Source of the DNA: Pseudomonadota bacterium
GTDB taxonomy: Bacteria > Myxococcota > JACRCW01 > JAFGSX01
Assembly (NCBI GenBank): GCA_043821645.1
Contig: JBDRCO010000072.1
Location: 79,962-143,961, forward strand
DNA: 64,000 nt
Direction of reading: 5' to 3'
The translations under genes and the position numbers were made by a program. Below are positions 1 through 9,915 of the stretch, piece after piece (the stretch's first letter is position 1; each line of letters begins with the position of its first letter). The notes below the pieces were generated by a model. It was not told the DNA's origin, made no database searches, and saw only the letters and a program-made list of their open reading frames with translations.

Positions 1-405
1 CCAGCCAGGGACTGGTGATGCGGCTGCTGGGGGGAGCGCGCTCGCTGCTGTAGGCAGCGCCCCGGGGCACCCTCGTTCGCGCTCGCCCGCAGAACACCAC
101 GCGGCCCCGAGGTGCACGCGCACGTCGCGGGCGTTCTCACACGGACCCGTCAGGTGGTGAGGTCTCACCCATGGTGCTGGCGCCGGGGCGTTCAGGTGCT
201 ACCTAGTTCCCACGCGCTTGCTCGGAGCAACCGGCCGTGACCCTGCTGCCCCGCTGGTCGCCTCTACCGCTCGAATCATGTAGAGAGCGGAGTGGCGAGG
301 GGGGTACCGTCCGCCAGGGGCGTGCCACTCGCTGTGCTTCGACAACTCCGGCGCCGCTGGAACTTCGGTGACGGCGACCGCGGCAGCTGCGGATGGAGGA
401 CTCCC

Positions 406-1725
406 GTGCGCAAGGTGGTGCTTTACAGCGTCCTGCTGTTCGTCGGACTGGCGCTGTCCCAGGTCCTGCCGGCGTTGCTGGGCACAGCCCAGGACAGCGT
501 CGCCACGGCGATCCGCGTGCTGACCATGACGGGCCTGGCCTTCATCATGATCCACGTCGGCTTCGAGTTTCACCTCGACAAGTCGCGGCTCGGCTCCTAC
601 GGCTGGGACTACCTGGTGGCCTTCACCGCGGCCTCCTTTCCCTGGGTGCTGGTGACCGGCTACTTCGTGTTCGTGATGCTGCCGCCCGAGCTGTGGAGCA
701 ACTTCGACGCCTGGAAGGAGACCCTCCTGGCCGGCCGCTTCGCCTCGCCCACCTCGGCGGGGGTGCTGTTCAGCATGCTCGCCGCTGCGGGGCTGGGCGC
801 CACCTGGGTGTTCCGCAAGGCGCGGGTGCTGGCGATCTTCGACGACCTGGACACCGTGCTGCTGATGATCCCGCTGAAGATGCTCATGGTGGGTCTGGCC
901 TGGCAGCTGGGCCTGATCGTCGTGGTCATGGCTGCCCTGCTGGCTGTGGCCTACGTCTGGATGCACCGGGTGCGCCTGCCCCTGAGCTGGGGCTGGGTGC
1001 TGGGCTATGCCGCGGCGATCGTCGGCATCAGCGAAGTCCTGTACGCCAGCAGCAAGCTGGTGGACCCGTCGGTGCCCATCCACATCGAGGTGCTGCTGCC
1101 CGCCTTCGTGCTCGGCGTCATCGCACGGCCGCGGGAGACCGCCCCCGGCGCCGACGCCGCCGGGGTCGAGCACGCGCTGCACGCGCTGCTCGAGCGTCCT
1201 GGCGAGCAGCGCGCCACCTCCGTCATCTCGGCCGCCTTCATGGTGCTGGTGGGGCTGAGCATGCCTGCCATCCTCGGCGGGCTGGATGGGCAACATCCGC
1301 AGCCGGACCCGGCGGTGCTGCACGCCGCGGCCCCCGGCGCGGTGGTCGACGATCCTGTCCAGCACGGCGGCCCGGCGCCGGGGCAGGCGACCGTGACGGC
1401 CAGCCAGCCGAGCCTGGGATGGGGCCTGATCGCCCTGCACGTGCTGCTGATCACCCTGCTGAGCAATCTGGGCAAGATGTTCCCCGCCCTGGTCTACCGG
1501 CGTGAGGCACACTGGCGCCACCGCCTGGCCGTGGCCGTCGGCATGTGGCCCCGCGGCGAGGTCGGCGCCGGGGTACTGGTGCTCAGCCTCAGCTACGGCA
1601 TCGGCGGCCCCGTGGTCACCGTGGCCATGCTCTCGCTGGCGCTCAACCTGGCGCTCACCGGGGTGTTCATCCTTCTGGTCCGCAAGCTGATCCACGGCGT
1701 GCCAGAGGGGCCAGCTGCCGCCTGA
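406..1725 (+). CDS. Polytopic membrane protein, possibly cation/proton antiporter-like
   Basis: Track ORF 292..1725; many hydrophobic helices (VLYSVLLFVGLAL, LVGLAWQLGLIVVVMAALLAV). In-frame GTG at 406 chosen because N-terminal 38 aa are Arg-rich and non-membrane. Family assignment is by eye only. Confidence 0.45.
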   Translation: MRKVVLYSVLLFVGLALSQVLPALLGTAQDSVATAIRVLTMTGLAFIMIHVGFEFHLDKSRLGSYGWDYLVAFTAASFPWVLVTGYFVFVMLPPELWSNFDAWKETLLAGRFASPTSAGVLFSMLAAAGLGATWVFRKARVLAIFDDLDTVLLMIPLKMLMVGLAWQLGLIVVVMAALLAVAYVWMHRVRLPLSWGWVLGYAAAIVGISEVLYASSKLVDPSVPIHIEVLLPAFVLGVIARPRETAPGADAAGVEHALHALLERPGEQRATSVISAAFMVLVGLSMPAILGGLDGQHPQPDPAVLHAAAPGAVVDDPVQHGGPAPGQATVTASQPSLGWGLIALHVLLITLLSNLGKMFPALVYRREAHWRHRLAVAVGMWPRGEVGAGVLVLSLSYGIGGPVVTVAMLSLALNLALTGVFILLVRKLIHGVPEGPAAA

Positions 1726-1826
1726 GGCCCGGCTCGGTGCCGTCCCCTGCGGCGACCTCGACCGGAGACGGTGCCGCCAACCGGACGCAGGTGGCTCGCA
1801 GGCCGCCCATTGCATACCCTGAAGGG

Positions 1827-3074
1827 GTGATCGTTCTGTCTCCAGCCGCCGCCCGGCGCGGCAGGTGCTTCGTCGCCATCCCGCTGTGGCTTGTCGTGGC
1901 CTGCCCGGCCGTCCTACCTGGCGCGGATGCGGGCTCACCGCACCGCGACACGGGCCATGCAGACAGCGGCACGGTGGAGCTTGGATGGGTGGATGTGGCC
2001 TCGGGCGTCGACGCCACGACGGAGGAGGATGCGGGACGACGCCACGACGCTGCTGTCGGACTCGACAGCGGCACGCCGCCAGACGGCCCTGCGGACGCGG
2101 GCCACGGCGACAGCAGCGATGGCGCGACCGCCGGGGATATGGAGACGCTCCAGGACGCGTACATCGTCGAGGATGCCGGCCTGGACACTGACGCAGACCC
2201 GGGGCCCGATGCCGCAGAGCCGCCCGACGCCGGCTCTACCGACGCCCTGATCCTGACCGCGGTCACCCTCAACACCCACAGCTTTCAGGAAGGTCCGGAC
2301 TCCCTGGCCAAGCTGCAGCAGATCGGCCAGGGCCTGGCGGCCCTGCAGGCAGACGTGGTGGGCCTCAACGAGGTGATGAGCGGCGAGTTCTGGTCCTACG
2401 ACTACGGCGGTGCCAGCTACGACGGCACCGCGCTGATCCAGCAGGAGCTCGAGGACGCCAGCGGCGTGACCTGGTACCACGCTGCGGTCGGCTTCGCTCA
2501 CTGGAGTAGCGGCGAGCTGATGTCCAACGTGGTGCTGTCGCGCTATCCCCTTGTCGAGGTCGACAGCCGCGCGTTGACCACCACGGATTTCTGGCCGGCA
2601 CCCGACGAGCAGCGCAACGCGGTTTACGTGCGCATCGAGCTGCCCGCGCGCGGTCCGCTCAATCTTTTCGTGACGCACGCCTGGGGCTGGGACTCGGTGG
2701 ATACCCTGACCCAGATCGCCGAGGTCAAGACCTTCATGGCCAGCAAGGCCAGGGGCGATGAGGTCCTCGAGCTGCTGCTGGGGGATCTCAACATGCCCTC
2801 GACTTATGCAGGCTACGACGCATGGCTCGACGCGCCCCCCTTTGTGCTCGTCGACACCTCTGCCGTGGCCAACCCGTCCGGTATGGCCGACGCCACGACC
2901 GCGGATGAGATGTACCGCATCGACTACGTCCTGGCCCGCGAGGGTGCTGTGACGAACCAGCAACCGATGCGCCTGCAGTCGTTTCGGTCCTTTGATGGCC
3001 TCGAACACCTGGGTCTCACCCTGCCGCAGGTGTCGGACCACTACGGCGTGGTCACGGTGTTCGCGCTGGAGTGA
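1827..3074 (+). CDS. Endonuclease/exonuclease/phosphatase (EEP) family secreted protein
   Basis: Track ORF 1545..3074; GTG at 1827 precedes a signal-like stretch (AIPLWLVVACPAV); LTAVTLNTHSF near N-terminus and SDHYGVVTVF at C-terminus resemble EEP-fold motifs. Confidence 0.55.
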   Translation: MIVLSPAAARRGRCFVAIPLWLVVACPAVLPGADAGSPHRDTGHADSGTVELGWVDVASGVDATTEEDAGRRHDAAVGLDSGTPPDGPADAGHGDSSDGATAGDMETLQDAYIVEDAGLDTDADPGPDAAEPPDAGSTDALILTAVTLNTHSFQEGPDSLAKLQQIGQGLAALQADVVGLNEVMSGEFWSYDYGGASYDGTALIQQELEDASGVTWYHAAVGFAHWSSGELMSNVVLSRYPLVEVDSRALTTTDFWPAPDEQRNAVYVRIELPARGPLNLFVTHAWGWDSVDTLTQIAEVKTFMASKARGDEVLELLLGDLNMPSTYAGYDAWLDAPPFVLVDTSAVANPSGMADATTADEMYRIDYVLAREGAVTNQQPMRLQSFRSFDGLEHLGLTLPQVSDHYGVVTVFALE

Positions 3075-3140
3075 ATCGCCGCGGGGCCCGGTGGCGCACT
3101 GGCCGAGGTGAACACGGCAGTCCTGGCTGGACCGCGTCGT

Positions 3141-4430
3141 TCAACGCGGGGGTTCCACCACCGAGAAGTCCTGCGGATCGAAGCCTGCGGGCCGTGTGGC
3201 GTCGATGACCCACTTGCTGGTGGTCTCGGTGCGCGGGTCGCGCGAGGGATCCAGCGACGAGCCGTGGGCGCCGCCGACGATGACCAGGTCGCGGTCGGGT
3301 TGCACCCGCGTGGCGATGGCCCACTCCACGGCCACGGGGTCGTGAATGTCGACATCGCCGTCGACGACGACCACGCGCTTGAGCGACGGATGTGCGGCGA
3401 GGGCGGCCAGGCCGGCGTTCTTGCCCTGACCCGCGGCGCGCTGGTCGATGGACACCACGGCGTGCAGCCAGCCGCACCCGCCCTCGCTGAGCACCACGTC
3501 GCGCAGGCCGGCGACGGTGTTCTGCACGATGCGGAAGATGCGCGGCTCCTGGGGCACACCCATCAGGATGCGATGCTCGGAGCCTCCGGGCAGGATCACC
3601 TGGTAGATGTAATCATCGCGGTGATACAGCCGTTGCACCTCGAGCACGGGCTGCTGGCGGATGCCGTCGTAGGTGCCGGTGAGGTCGACAAAGGGTCCCT
3701 CGTCGGCGAGCTCGCCCGTGAAGCGCGCCTTCCACACCATCTCGGCGCCCGCGGGCACCTGCAGTCCGTCGAGGTCGAAGACGTCCAGGGGCTGGCCGAG
3801 CAGCGAGGCGGCACAGGCCATCTCGTCGAAGTCGGGGCCAAAGCTGATGGCCGCAGCGAGCCCGACCGCCGGGTGCAGGCCCACCACCACCGCGACCTCG
3901 GCCTGGCCACCTCCCAGCTCCAGGATCTGGTGCAGGTGGCGGGGCACGATGCGCACGGCAAAGCGGTTTCCGCCCAGGTACATCATGCGGTGATACGACA
4001 GGTTCATGCCGAAGGCCGGGTGGCGGGCGCAGATCACGCAGGCCGAGGCGTACACCCGCTCGCTGCGCGGGTAGAAGCGCATCAAGGGAACCAGGCTGTC
4101 GAGCTGCGGCGTGGCATGCTGGTTGGCGAGAAAGGGGGCGTCGGTGACGACGCGTAGCTCGCCGGGCGTCGAGATCGCGTCGGCCACATGGCGTACCAGC
4201 CCTTCGACGCTGCAGTCCAGGGCCCTGGCCAGCAAGGGACGGGTGGCTGCGATGTTGGCGAGCACAGGGGTACGATGGCCCTCGAGGTTCTCGAGCAGCA
4301 CCGCGCGCGATCCGGCGTCGAAGATGCGGCGCGCGGCCTGGTAGTTCGTGCTCAGGGGCTCCCGCACGCGATCGAGCCAGCCCAGGCTGTCGGCCTGCTG
4401 CACGAAGAAGCGAAGATCTGGACTGCTCAT
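3141..4430 (-). CDS. UbiD-family decarboxylase
   Basis: Track ORF 3141..4526, start taken at MSSPDLRFF (ATG at 4430). FVDLTGTYDG...YQVILPGGSEHRI region resembles the UbiD core (E. coli YGDHTGYY region). Confidence 0.6.
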   Translation of the reverse strand: MSSPDLRFFVQQADSLGWLDRVREPLSTNYQAARRIFDAGSRAVLLENLEGHRTPVLANIAATRPLLARALDCSVEGLVRHVADAISTPGELRVVTDAPFLANQHATPQLDSLVPLMRFYPRSERVYASACVICARHPAFGMNLSYHRMMYLGGNRFAVRIVPRHLHQILELGGGQAEVAVVVGLHPAVGLAAAISFGPDFDEMACAASLLGQPLDVFDLDGLQVPAGAEMVWKARFTGELADEGPFVDLTGTYDGIRQQPVLEVQRLYHRDDYIYQVILPGGSEHRILMGVPQEPRIFRIVQNTVAGLRDVVLSEGGCGWLHAVVSIDQRAAGQGKNAGLAALAAHPSLKRVVVVDGDVDIHDPVAVEWAIATRVQPDRDLVIVGGAHGSSLDPSRDPRTETTSKWVIDATRPAGFDPQDFSVVEPPR

Positions 4431-4482
4431 CGCCACATCCTCATGGTCGGGAACAGGGACGTGCGAGCTCGTGGCCTGGCCC

Positions 4483-6018
4483 TCAGAACTCGACGCGCCG
4501 CACCTCCCAGCTGCCTGCAGTGACACGCATGGGCGAGACCCAGCGCGACTTGTTGCCGTGCGCGATCTCGATCTCGTACACCTCCGGAGCCAGCTCCGCA
4601 GCCTCCCCTCCTCGCACGGTGACCGAAGGCGCCTTCGAACTCTTCTTGTAAAACCGAACCTCCGCGTCGACGCGGCTGCCGCGGTCGAAGGTGTCCAGGG
4701 TCAGGGTCCCGCGCTCGATGTTGACCAGGCGACGGGTCTCGCTCCCGCTCTCGATGACGACGTCCTTCAGTTGCTCGAGGTCGCCGCCGCGACCATTTGG
4801 ATAGAGCACATCGATATCGTAGCGCCCCGCCGCGATGGTCATGGGCTCGCCCGCCGCCCCTCCCGTGAGCTTCTGTCGCGGCGAGCTGGTCCACACGGTC
4901 AACGCCGCCACCTCGGGTTTGCCGTTCTTGGTGGCGTCGACGCGCAGCACGCCCGGCGTGAAGTTCAGGTGCAGCCGCTCGTTGCGGCCGACGCGGATCG
5001 TGACGGTGCGCTCCATGCCCAGCTCGCGGGGTCGTGCCGCGTCGTAGGACACGCTGTCGTCGAGGACCGCGCGCAATCGGTAGCGACCGGGCGAAAGATC
5101 CACATCCTGGTTCGCAGCGGTGAAGTTGAAATAATCAGTCGCCGCCGGCAGGTAGAGGTAGACGCGGCTGGGCACGGTCTCGCCGTAGAGCCGGGTGTCG
5201 ACGTGCAGGGTGCCCATGGTGAAGGCCACGCGCTCGCGCCGGGCCTTGCCAGGAAGCACCTCGACCTTGCGCAGGCGCTTGCCCTCGAAGTCGTACGAGC
5301 TCTCCAGCGACACCACCAGGTCGTAGGCGCCCGGCGGCACCAGTGCCTCGTGCCCGGTGGCAAACTCCGTCAGTCGCTCGGTGCTCCCCGGAGGGAACAG
5401 GGTCACCAGCCCCGCCGCGGCCTTGCCATTGCGCAGGGCATTGACGACCAGCGTGCCGTCGGAGAGATCCAGCGTGAGCCGGGCCGTGCGCCCCGCGGCC
5501 ACCTGCACCGCGCGGGTCACCTGGCACGGCAAGGCCCCCTCCTGCTCGAAGCGCACCCGTACCTGGTAGCGTCCTGCCGGAACGCGCAGTTCATTGCCAC
5601 TGCGGCCCTGGGCCACCACGATCTCGAGGCGCGGCTCCAGCACCTCCACCTCGGCGGTAACACGGCCGCCATCGCGCAGGGTCTGCACCACCACGTTGCC
5701 CCGGCGCAAGGACAGACGCTGGTGAGTGGTCGCCCCGGAACGCACCACCACATTGTCGACGACGCTGACCACGCCACCCTCGGCGTCACGGCACTCCACC
5801 CGCACCTGGTAACGACCCGCGGCGAGACGCAGGGGCTCCCCCAGCGAGCCGTCGAGGGCGAGCTCCCGGGGCCTCTCCTTGGCGTAGGCAAAACCCCGGC
5901 AGCGCTCGGTGTGCTCCTGGCCATCGACCAGGACCTGGAACTGGATCAGTCCTGGCACCTCGTACTGCGCCGGGGCGACGACGAGCAGAGCACCCCACAG
6001 CGTCGCCACCACCGCCAT
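4483..6018 (-). CDS. Secreted protein with about six to eight degenerate tandem modules
   Basis: Signal-like N-terminus MAVVATLWGALLVVAPAQ; recurring 40-50 aa modules each containing a GRYQVRV / GRYRLRA / GRYDIDV / GAYDLVV core; start codon overlaps stop of upstream TPR gene (ATGA at 6018). Confidence 0.5.
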   Translation of the reverse strand: MAVVATLWGALLVVAPAQYEVPGLIQFQVLVDGQEHTERCRGFAYAKERPRELALDGSLGEPLRLAAGRYQVRVECRDAEGGVVSVVDNVVVRSGATTHQRLSLRRGNVVVQTLRDGGRVTAEVEVLEPRLEIVVAQGRSGNELRVPAGRYQVRVRFEQEGALPCQVTRAVQVAAGRTARLTLDLSDGTLVVNALRNGKAAAGLVTLFPPGSTERLTEFATGHEALVPPGAYDLVVSLESSYDFEGKRLRKVEVLPGKARRERVAFTMGTLHVDTRLYGETVPSRVYLYLPAATDYFNFTAANQDVDLSPGRYRLRAVLDDSVSYDAARPRELGMERTVTIRVGRNERLHLNFTPGVLRVDATKNGKPEVAALTVWTSSPRQKLTGGAAGEPMTIAAGRYDIDVLYPNGRGGDLEQLKDVVIESGSETRRLVNIERGTLTLDTFDRGSRVDAEVRFYKKSSKAPSVTVRGGEAAELAPEVYEIEIAHGNKSRWVSPMRVTAGSWEVRRVEF

Positions 6019-7148
6019 CAGCGCCCCCGGGACCGCGGACCCTTGCGCGGGGCGGGTGCCGGCGTGGCCGGTGCGTCGAGCTGTTGCAGGGCGGCCTGAT
6101 CGCCCTGGGCCGTGAGCACCTCGCGCAACAGACTCCGGGCCCCGGCGTGATCCGCACGCCGCTCCAGGGCCTGTTCGAGCAGGCTCCGCGCCTGACCCAG
6201 ATCCTTCTTGCCGACGGCGATGCGCGCCAGCTCGACGTAGCCATCGGCGAAGCTCGGGTCCTCGGTCACGCTTGCGCGCAGGATTCGCTCGCTCTCCTCG
6301 ACGGAGCGGCCACCCACGCGGCGCAGCGACGCCGCCAGGGCCAGACGTGCCCGCTGATGGTCTGGTGCGCGCCGCAGCACGTCCCGGTAGCAGGCAATGG
6401 CGCCGGTCAGATCGTCCTTCTTCGCCAGCAACAGTCCCTTGTGAAAACGTGCACGCACCTTGGCGGGATCGAGATCCAGAGCGCGATCGTAACTATCCAG
6501 CGCCTTCTTGGGCAGCCCGTTGCCCGCGTAGGCATCCCCCAGGTGCGTGAACAGATCGGGGTTACCGCTACCATACGCCAGGGCGTCGGTGAGGGAGGTG
6601 ACCGCGTCGTTGTACAGACCGGCGCGGAGCTGCGCATAGCCCAGGTCACCCATGAGGTCCGCGTCTTCGGGACGCGTGCGCCGGGCAGCCTTCAGGTGCG
6701 TGACGGCGGACTCCACCTCGCCCACCATCAGCTCGGTGAGGCCCAGCTCGTGGAGCAAGGGCCCGTCGCCGGGAACCGCGGCGATGCCCCGCCGGTAGAC
6801 CTCGAGAGCCTTGGCTGGCTGCTCTGCCAGATCGTAGGACATGCCGAGCACCAGGTAGGCTTTGGCCAGCTTCGGATCCAGGGCCAGAGCCTGGTCCAGG
6901 TGCTGGATGGTGAGGTCGGACTTGTCGAGCTGGGCGTAGGAGATGCCGAGGCCAAGATGCGCTCGCGCTTGCTGCTCGGGGGGCACACCCTTGAGCTTGA
7001 GGACGCGCTGCAGCACAGGGATGGCCTTGCTGGCCGCGCCGCTCTCGGCGTAGGTTGTGCCTGCGCGCAGCAGCTCCTCGGCAGTGAGCGCCCGGACCGT
7101 GTTCGGCAACAAGCACAGGACAGCCGCGATCAGGAGGACAGGTCGCAT
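6018..7148 (-). CDS. TPR-repeat protein with signal peptide
   Basis: Track ORF 6018..7574; real start taken at MRPVLLIAAVLCLLPNTVRA (ATG at 7148); multiple 34-aa TPR-like units (AYLVLGMSYDLAEQPAKALEVYRRGIA etc.). Upstream 142 codons of the track ORF are Arg/Ser-rich junk. Confidence 0.6.
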   Translation of the reverse strand: MRPVLLIAAVLCLLPNTVRALTAEELLRAGTTYAESGAASKAIPVLQRVLKLKGVPPEQQARAHLGLGISYAQLDKSDLTIQHLDQALALDPKLAKAYLVLGMSYDLAEQPAKALEVYRRGIAAVPGDGPLLHELGLTELMVGEVESAVTHLKAARRTRPEDADLMGDLGYAQLRAGLYNDAVTSLTDALAYGSGNPDLFTHLGDAYAGNGLPKKALDSYDRALDLDPAKVRARFHKGLLLAKKDDLTGAIACYRDVLRRAPDHQRARLALAASLRRVGGRSVEESERILRASVTEDPSFADGYVELARIAVGKKDLGQARSLLEQALERRADHAGARSLLREVLTAQGDQAALQQLDAPATPAPAPRKGPRSRGR

Positions 7149-7182
7149 GCGCCCTCTATACCGCACTTGGGCACGGTGGGCG

Positions 7183-7803
7183 ATGCACGGTGTGTGGGCC
7201 TTGCTGCTGATGTCACTGCCGACCCGGAGCGCCGCCCATAACCTGGCCAGCATCGACGCGCGGCTGGAGCTGCGAGGGGCTCGTGCCGACCTCCTGATGC
7301 GCCTGGACCTGCGCGATCTGCGACATCTGGTCGAGGTGGATGCGGACGCCGATGGTCGTCTGACCCCTGCCGAGGTACTGGCCACCCGCGACGCCGTCGC
7401 CGAGCTCCTGGCCCAGTCCCTGCGCCTGGTGGCCGAGCCAGACACCACGTCCTGTCCGGTGCACCTGGCCGGCTTCAAGCTCGCCGATTTCTCCACCGTC
7501 GACGTGCACCTGCGCTTCTCGTGCAGCCATGCGATCGGCGGCGCGACCCTGCACAGTGGCCTGTTCGGGGGCACCGGCCATCGCTACCAGCTGCACCTCG
7601 TGGTGACGCGCGGCGACTGGTCCGAGACGCTGCAACTGGATGACGCCCACAACCGCGCCGTGCTGTCGGCGCCGCCTGCTGCGCACGCAGTGGCGTGGTG
7701 GCTTGGGCTCTGCTCCCTGGCCGTGGCGGTGGCGGCTGGACTGTTGCTGTGGGTACGCAGGGATCGCAAGGCAAACGGCCCGCCTGCCTCCCCGCGGGGC
7801 TGA
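7183..7803 (+). CDS. Hypothetical membrane-anchored protein
   Basis: Start at MHGVWALLLMSLPTRSAAH (signal-like), C-terminal hydrophobic helix WWLGLCSLAVAVAAGLLLWV followed by RRDRK; no recognisable domain. Confidence 0.4.
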   Translation: MHGVWALLLMSLPTRSAAHNLASIDARLELRGARADLLMRLDLRDLRHLVEVDADADGRLTPAEVLATRDAVAELLAQSLRLVAEPDTTSCPVHLAGFKLADFSTVDVHLRFSCSHAIGGATLHSGLFGGTGHRYQLHLVVTRGDWSETLQLDDAHNRAVLSAPPAAHAVAWWLGLCSLAVAVAAGLLLWVRRDRKANGPPASPRG

Positions 7804-7813
7804 CCTTCAGGGA

Positions 7814-8461
7814 TCAGGGGGCCGCGACCGGGCTCTCCGTCGACGGGCCTGGGGCTGCGACCGGCATCTCGAGCATCTCGACCATTTCCAGGGCGTCCTC
7901 TTCCATCTCGAGGACCAAGCCATCGACGCGACTCAACACGTAGCGATAGGCCACCAGCGCCGGGATCGCCACGATGAGGCCGTAGGCCGTGGTGAGCAGA
8001 GCCTCCCAGATGCCGGAGGCGAGATCGGCGGGGTTGCCGACGCCTTGCTTGGTGACGTCCTGGAACACGCGGATCATGCCGGTGACCGTTCCCAGCAGGC
8101 CCAGCAGTGGCGCGATCGCGGCGACGATGCCGATGACGCCGACGAAGCGCTCCAGGTTCGCCGCCTCGTGGCGTCCAACCTCCTGCACCGCCTCCTTGAT
8201 CTCGGCGCGCACGCGACCCCGGCGCTTGAGACCCGCCGCCAGCACCGCCGCCACCGAGGAGCTGTGATTCTGGCACAGGACGAGGGCATCACCGGTCTTG
8301 CCGCTGCCCACCAGGTCGTGGATCTTGCGCACGAAGCTCGCAGGCACCACGCGCCCGCGCTGCAGGCTCCACAGCCGCTCGAGGAGGACCGCCAGGGCGA
8401 TCACCGAGCAGGCCGCGATGATGTACATGAGCACGCCACCGCGCTGGAAGAGGTCGAGCAT
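7814..8461 (-). CDS. MotA/TolQ/ExbB-family proton channel protein
   Basis: Start taken at MLDLFQRGGVLMYIIAACSVIALAVLLERLW; three TM helices and the GLLGTVTGMIRVF...EALLTTAYGLIVAIPA core typical of ExbB/TolQ. Confidence 0.65.
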   Translation of the reverse strand: MLDLFQRGGVLMYIIAACSVIALAVLLERLWSLQRGRVVPASFVRKIHDLVGSGKTGDALVLCQNHSSSVAAVLAAGLKRRGRVRAEIKEAVQEVGRHEAANLERFVGVIGIVAAIAPLLGLLGTVTGMIRVFQDVTKQGVGNPADLASGIWEALLTTAYGLIVAIPALVAYRYVLSRVDGLVLEMEEDALEMVEMLEMPVAAPGPSTESPVAAP

Positions 8462-8626
8462 GTTGCGCTCCTTGATCCCCGCACAGGTCTGGCCGCGGCT
8501 CCACGCCGCGCTGCGGGGCGAATGTACCCGGTCCACCTGCCCTGTGCCAGCGGGCTCTGATTTTCCCGCCGGAGTCCGCCGTGGCTGGCGGCCCTGAGAA
8601 CAGCGCAGCAATGGCCTGACACCGAT

Positions 8627-9154
8627 CTACCTGTCGGGCGTTGTATCCAGGGCTCCGCCGATGGCCCGGGCAAGGTCCTCGTAGGCCTGCACGCCCTCGC
8701 GATCCCACACCACCCTCCGCGCAGCGTCGACAACGATCACGCGCGGGACACGCACGACCGGCCCCAGAGGGGAGCTGCCGGCGGCAAGACCGGGGCCGGC
8801 GCGCAGTACCGGAAAGGGGGATCCGAGCGCGTCGGCAAAGATGCGCACCACGCGCCCGTTGTCCGGGTCCATGGCCACCAGCACGATCTGCAGTCCTCGG
8901 CCTGCGAATTGCTCGTCGAGTGCCCGCAACTTGTTCTGGTCGGCCAGGCAGGCATCACAGCCCGTGGTGAGGAGGTACAGCACCAGCACACGCCCTGGCA
9001 GCTGCGCCGCGCTCGTCTCCCTGCCCTCCAGGGTCCACAGGCTCAGCTCCGCCACACGCGGCCCGCGGCTCGTGGTGGCGCACGCACTTGCCAGGAGGAA
9101 CAGCACGACCAGCGCCTGCGCCATGCAGGACATGAGGCGAGGCCACGCCTGCAT
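8627..9154 (-). CDS. Thioredoxin-like (TlpA/redoxin-type) thiol-disulfide oxidoreductase
   Basis: Signal-like N-terminus, CxxC motif (TTGCDACLA), thioredoxin-fold-like spacing; start codon chosen at MQAW, uncertain by a few codons. Confidence 0.5.
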   Translation of the reverse strand: MQAWPRLMSCMAQALVVLFLLASACATTSRGPRVAELSLWTLEGRETSAAQLPGRVLVLYLLTTGCDACLADQNKLRALDEQFAGRGLQIVLVAMDPDNGRVVRIFADALGSPFPVLRAGPGLAAGSSPLGPVVRVPRVIVVDAARRVVWDREGVQAYEDLARAIGGALDTTPDR

Positions 9155-9183
9155 CCTGCCTGGCCGCACGACCACCCCCGTCG

Positions 9184-9768
9184 TCAGTAGTAGACCGTGT
9201 AGCCCGCCAGCACCGAGACCGCCGGGAAGTAAATGGAGCCAATGGTAAAGAAGAACTCACCGGCCAGCTCCACGCTCAGGGACATCTCCTCGTGGAAGTA
9301 CCACTCGAGACCTCCAGCTCCCCGCGCCGCCAGGAACATGGCCTGCCCCCCGAGGGCCGGGTTGCCCTGCAATCCCGTCACCGTGTACAGGAACCACAGA
9401 TAGTGCAGATCGGCTTCGACGTAGGGGCGAATGTCCTCGTCGAGGAAGTTGTAGCGAATGCCGGAGATGGCGCTGAGGCTGGTCAGCATCTGCGGCTCGT
9501 CCGGGGTCGTATCGTGGATGGGCAGCGAGAAGCCGAGCATCAGGCGATAGGTCACCCAGAAATTGTATCCGATGGAGTTGGAGCCGCCCACGCCGAGCAG
9601 CACCGCGTCACTGGATCCGATGTCGTTGACCCCGAACAGCTCCAGGGTCAGGTAGCCCACCTGGGGCAGGAAGATCCCATTGTTGCGGAACTGTGCCCGC
9701 GCGGCGGTGGGCGCCAGCAGCGCCACCACCAGGACCAGCGCACCCCATCCTGCTCGACTCCCACTCAT
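9184..9768 (-). CDS. Putative outer-membrane beta-barrel protein
   Basis: Signal peptide MSGSRAGWGALVLVVALLAPTAARAQ; alternating aromatic/hydrophobic beta-strand pattern and C-terminal ...AGYTVYY ending in aromatic residue. Confidence 0.45.
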   Translation of the reverse strand: MSGSRAGWGALVLVVALLAPTAARAQFRNNGIFLPQVGYLTLELFGVNDIGSSDAVLLGVGGSNSIGYNFWVTYRLMLGFSLPIHDTTPDEPQMLTSLSAISGIRYNFLDEDIRPYVEADLHYLWFLYTVTGLQGNPALGGQAMFLAARGAGGLEWYFHEEMSLSVELAGEFFFTIGSIYFPAVSVLAGYTVYY

Positions 9769-9915
9769 GGACCCACCTCGTCGCCTGCTGGAGCCTCAGG
9801 CTGCACCCGTTTGGGTATCTCTTTTTGCCAGCGCTGTCGACCCGCTTGCCCAGGGCACCTGCACCCCGTATTCTCGGTCCGGTGGCGTGCTGGGTTGCGC
9901 CCTTGATCGGGGAGT

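Noticed and set aside
199-1938. 579-aa minus-strand ORF overlapping the membrane protein gene
   Set aside because: Translation is Arg/Gly/His/Gln-rich with no hydrophobic core or motif; it is the antisense shadow of the plus-strand gene in GC-rich DNA.
3108-4157. 349-aa plus-strand ORF
   Set aside because: Antisense to the UbiD-family gene, which has clear family motifs; composition is low-complexity.
4348-6099. 583-aa plus-strand ORF
   Set aside because: Antisense to the repeat-module gene; Arg/Leu/Gly-rich shadow translation.
6084-7241. 385-aa plus-strand ORF
   Set aside because: Antisense to the TPR gene, which has recognisable 34-aa repeats.
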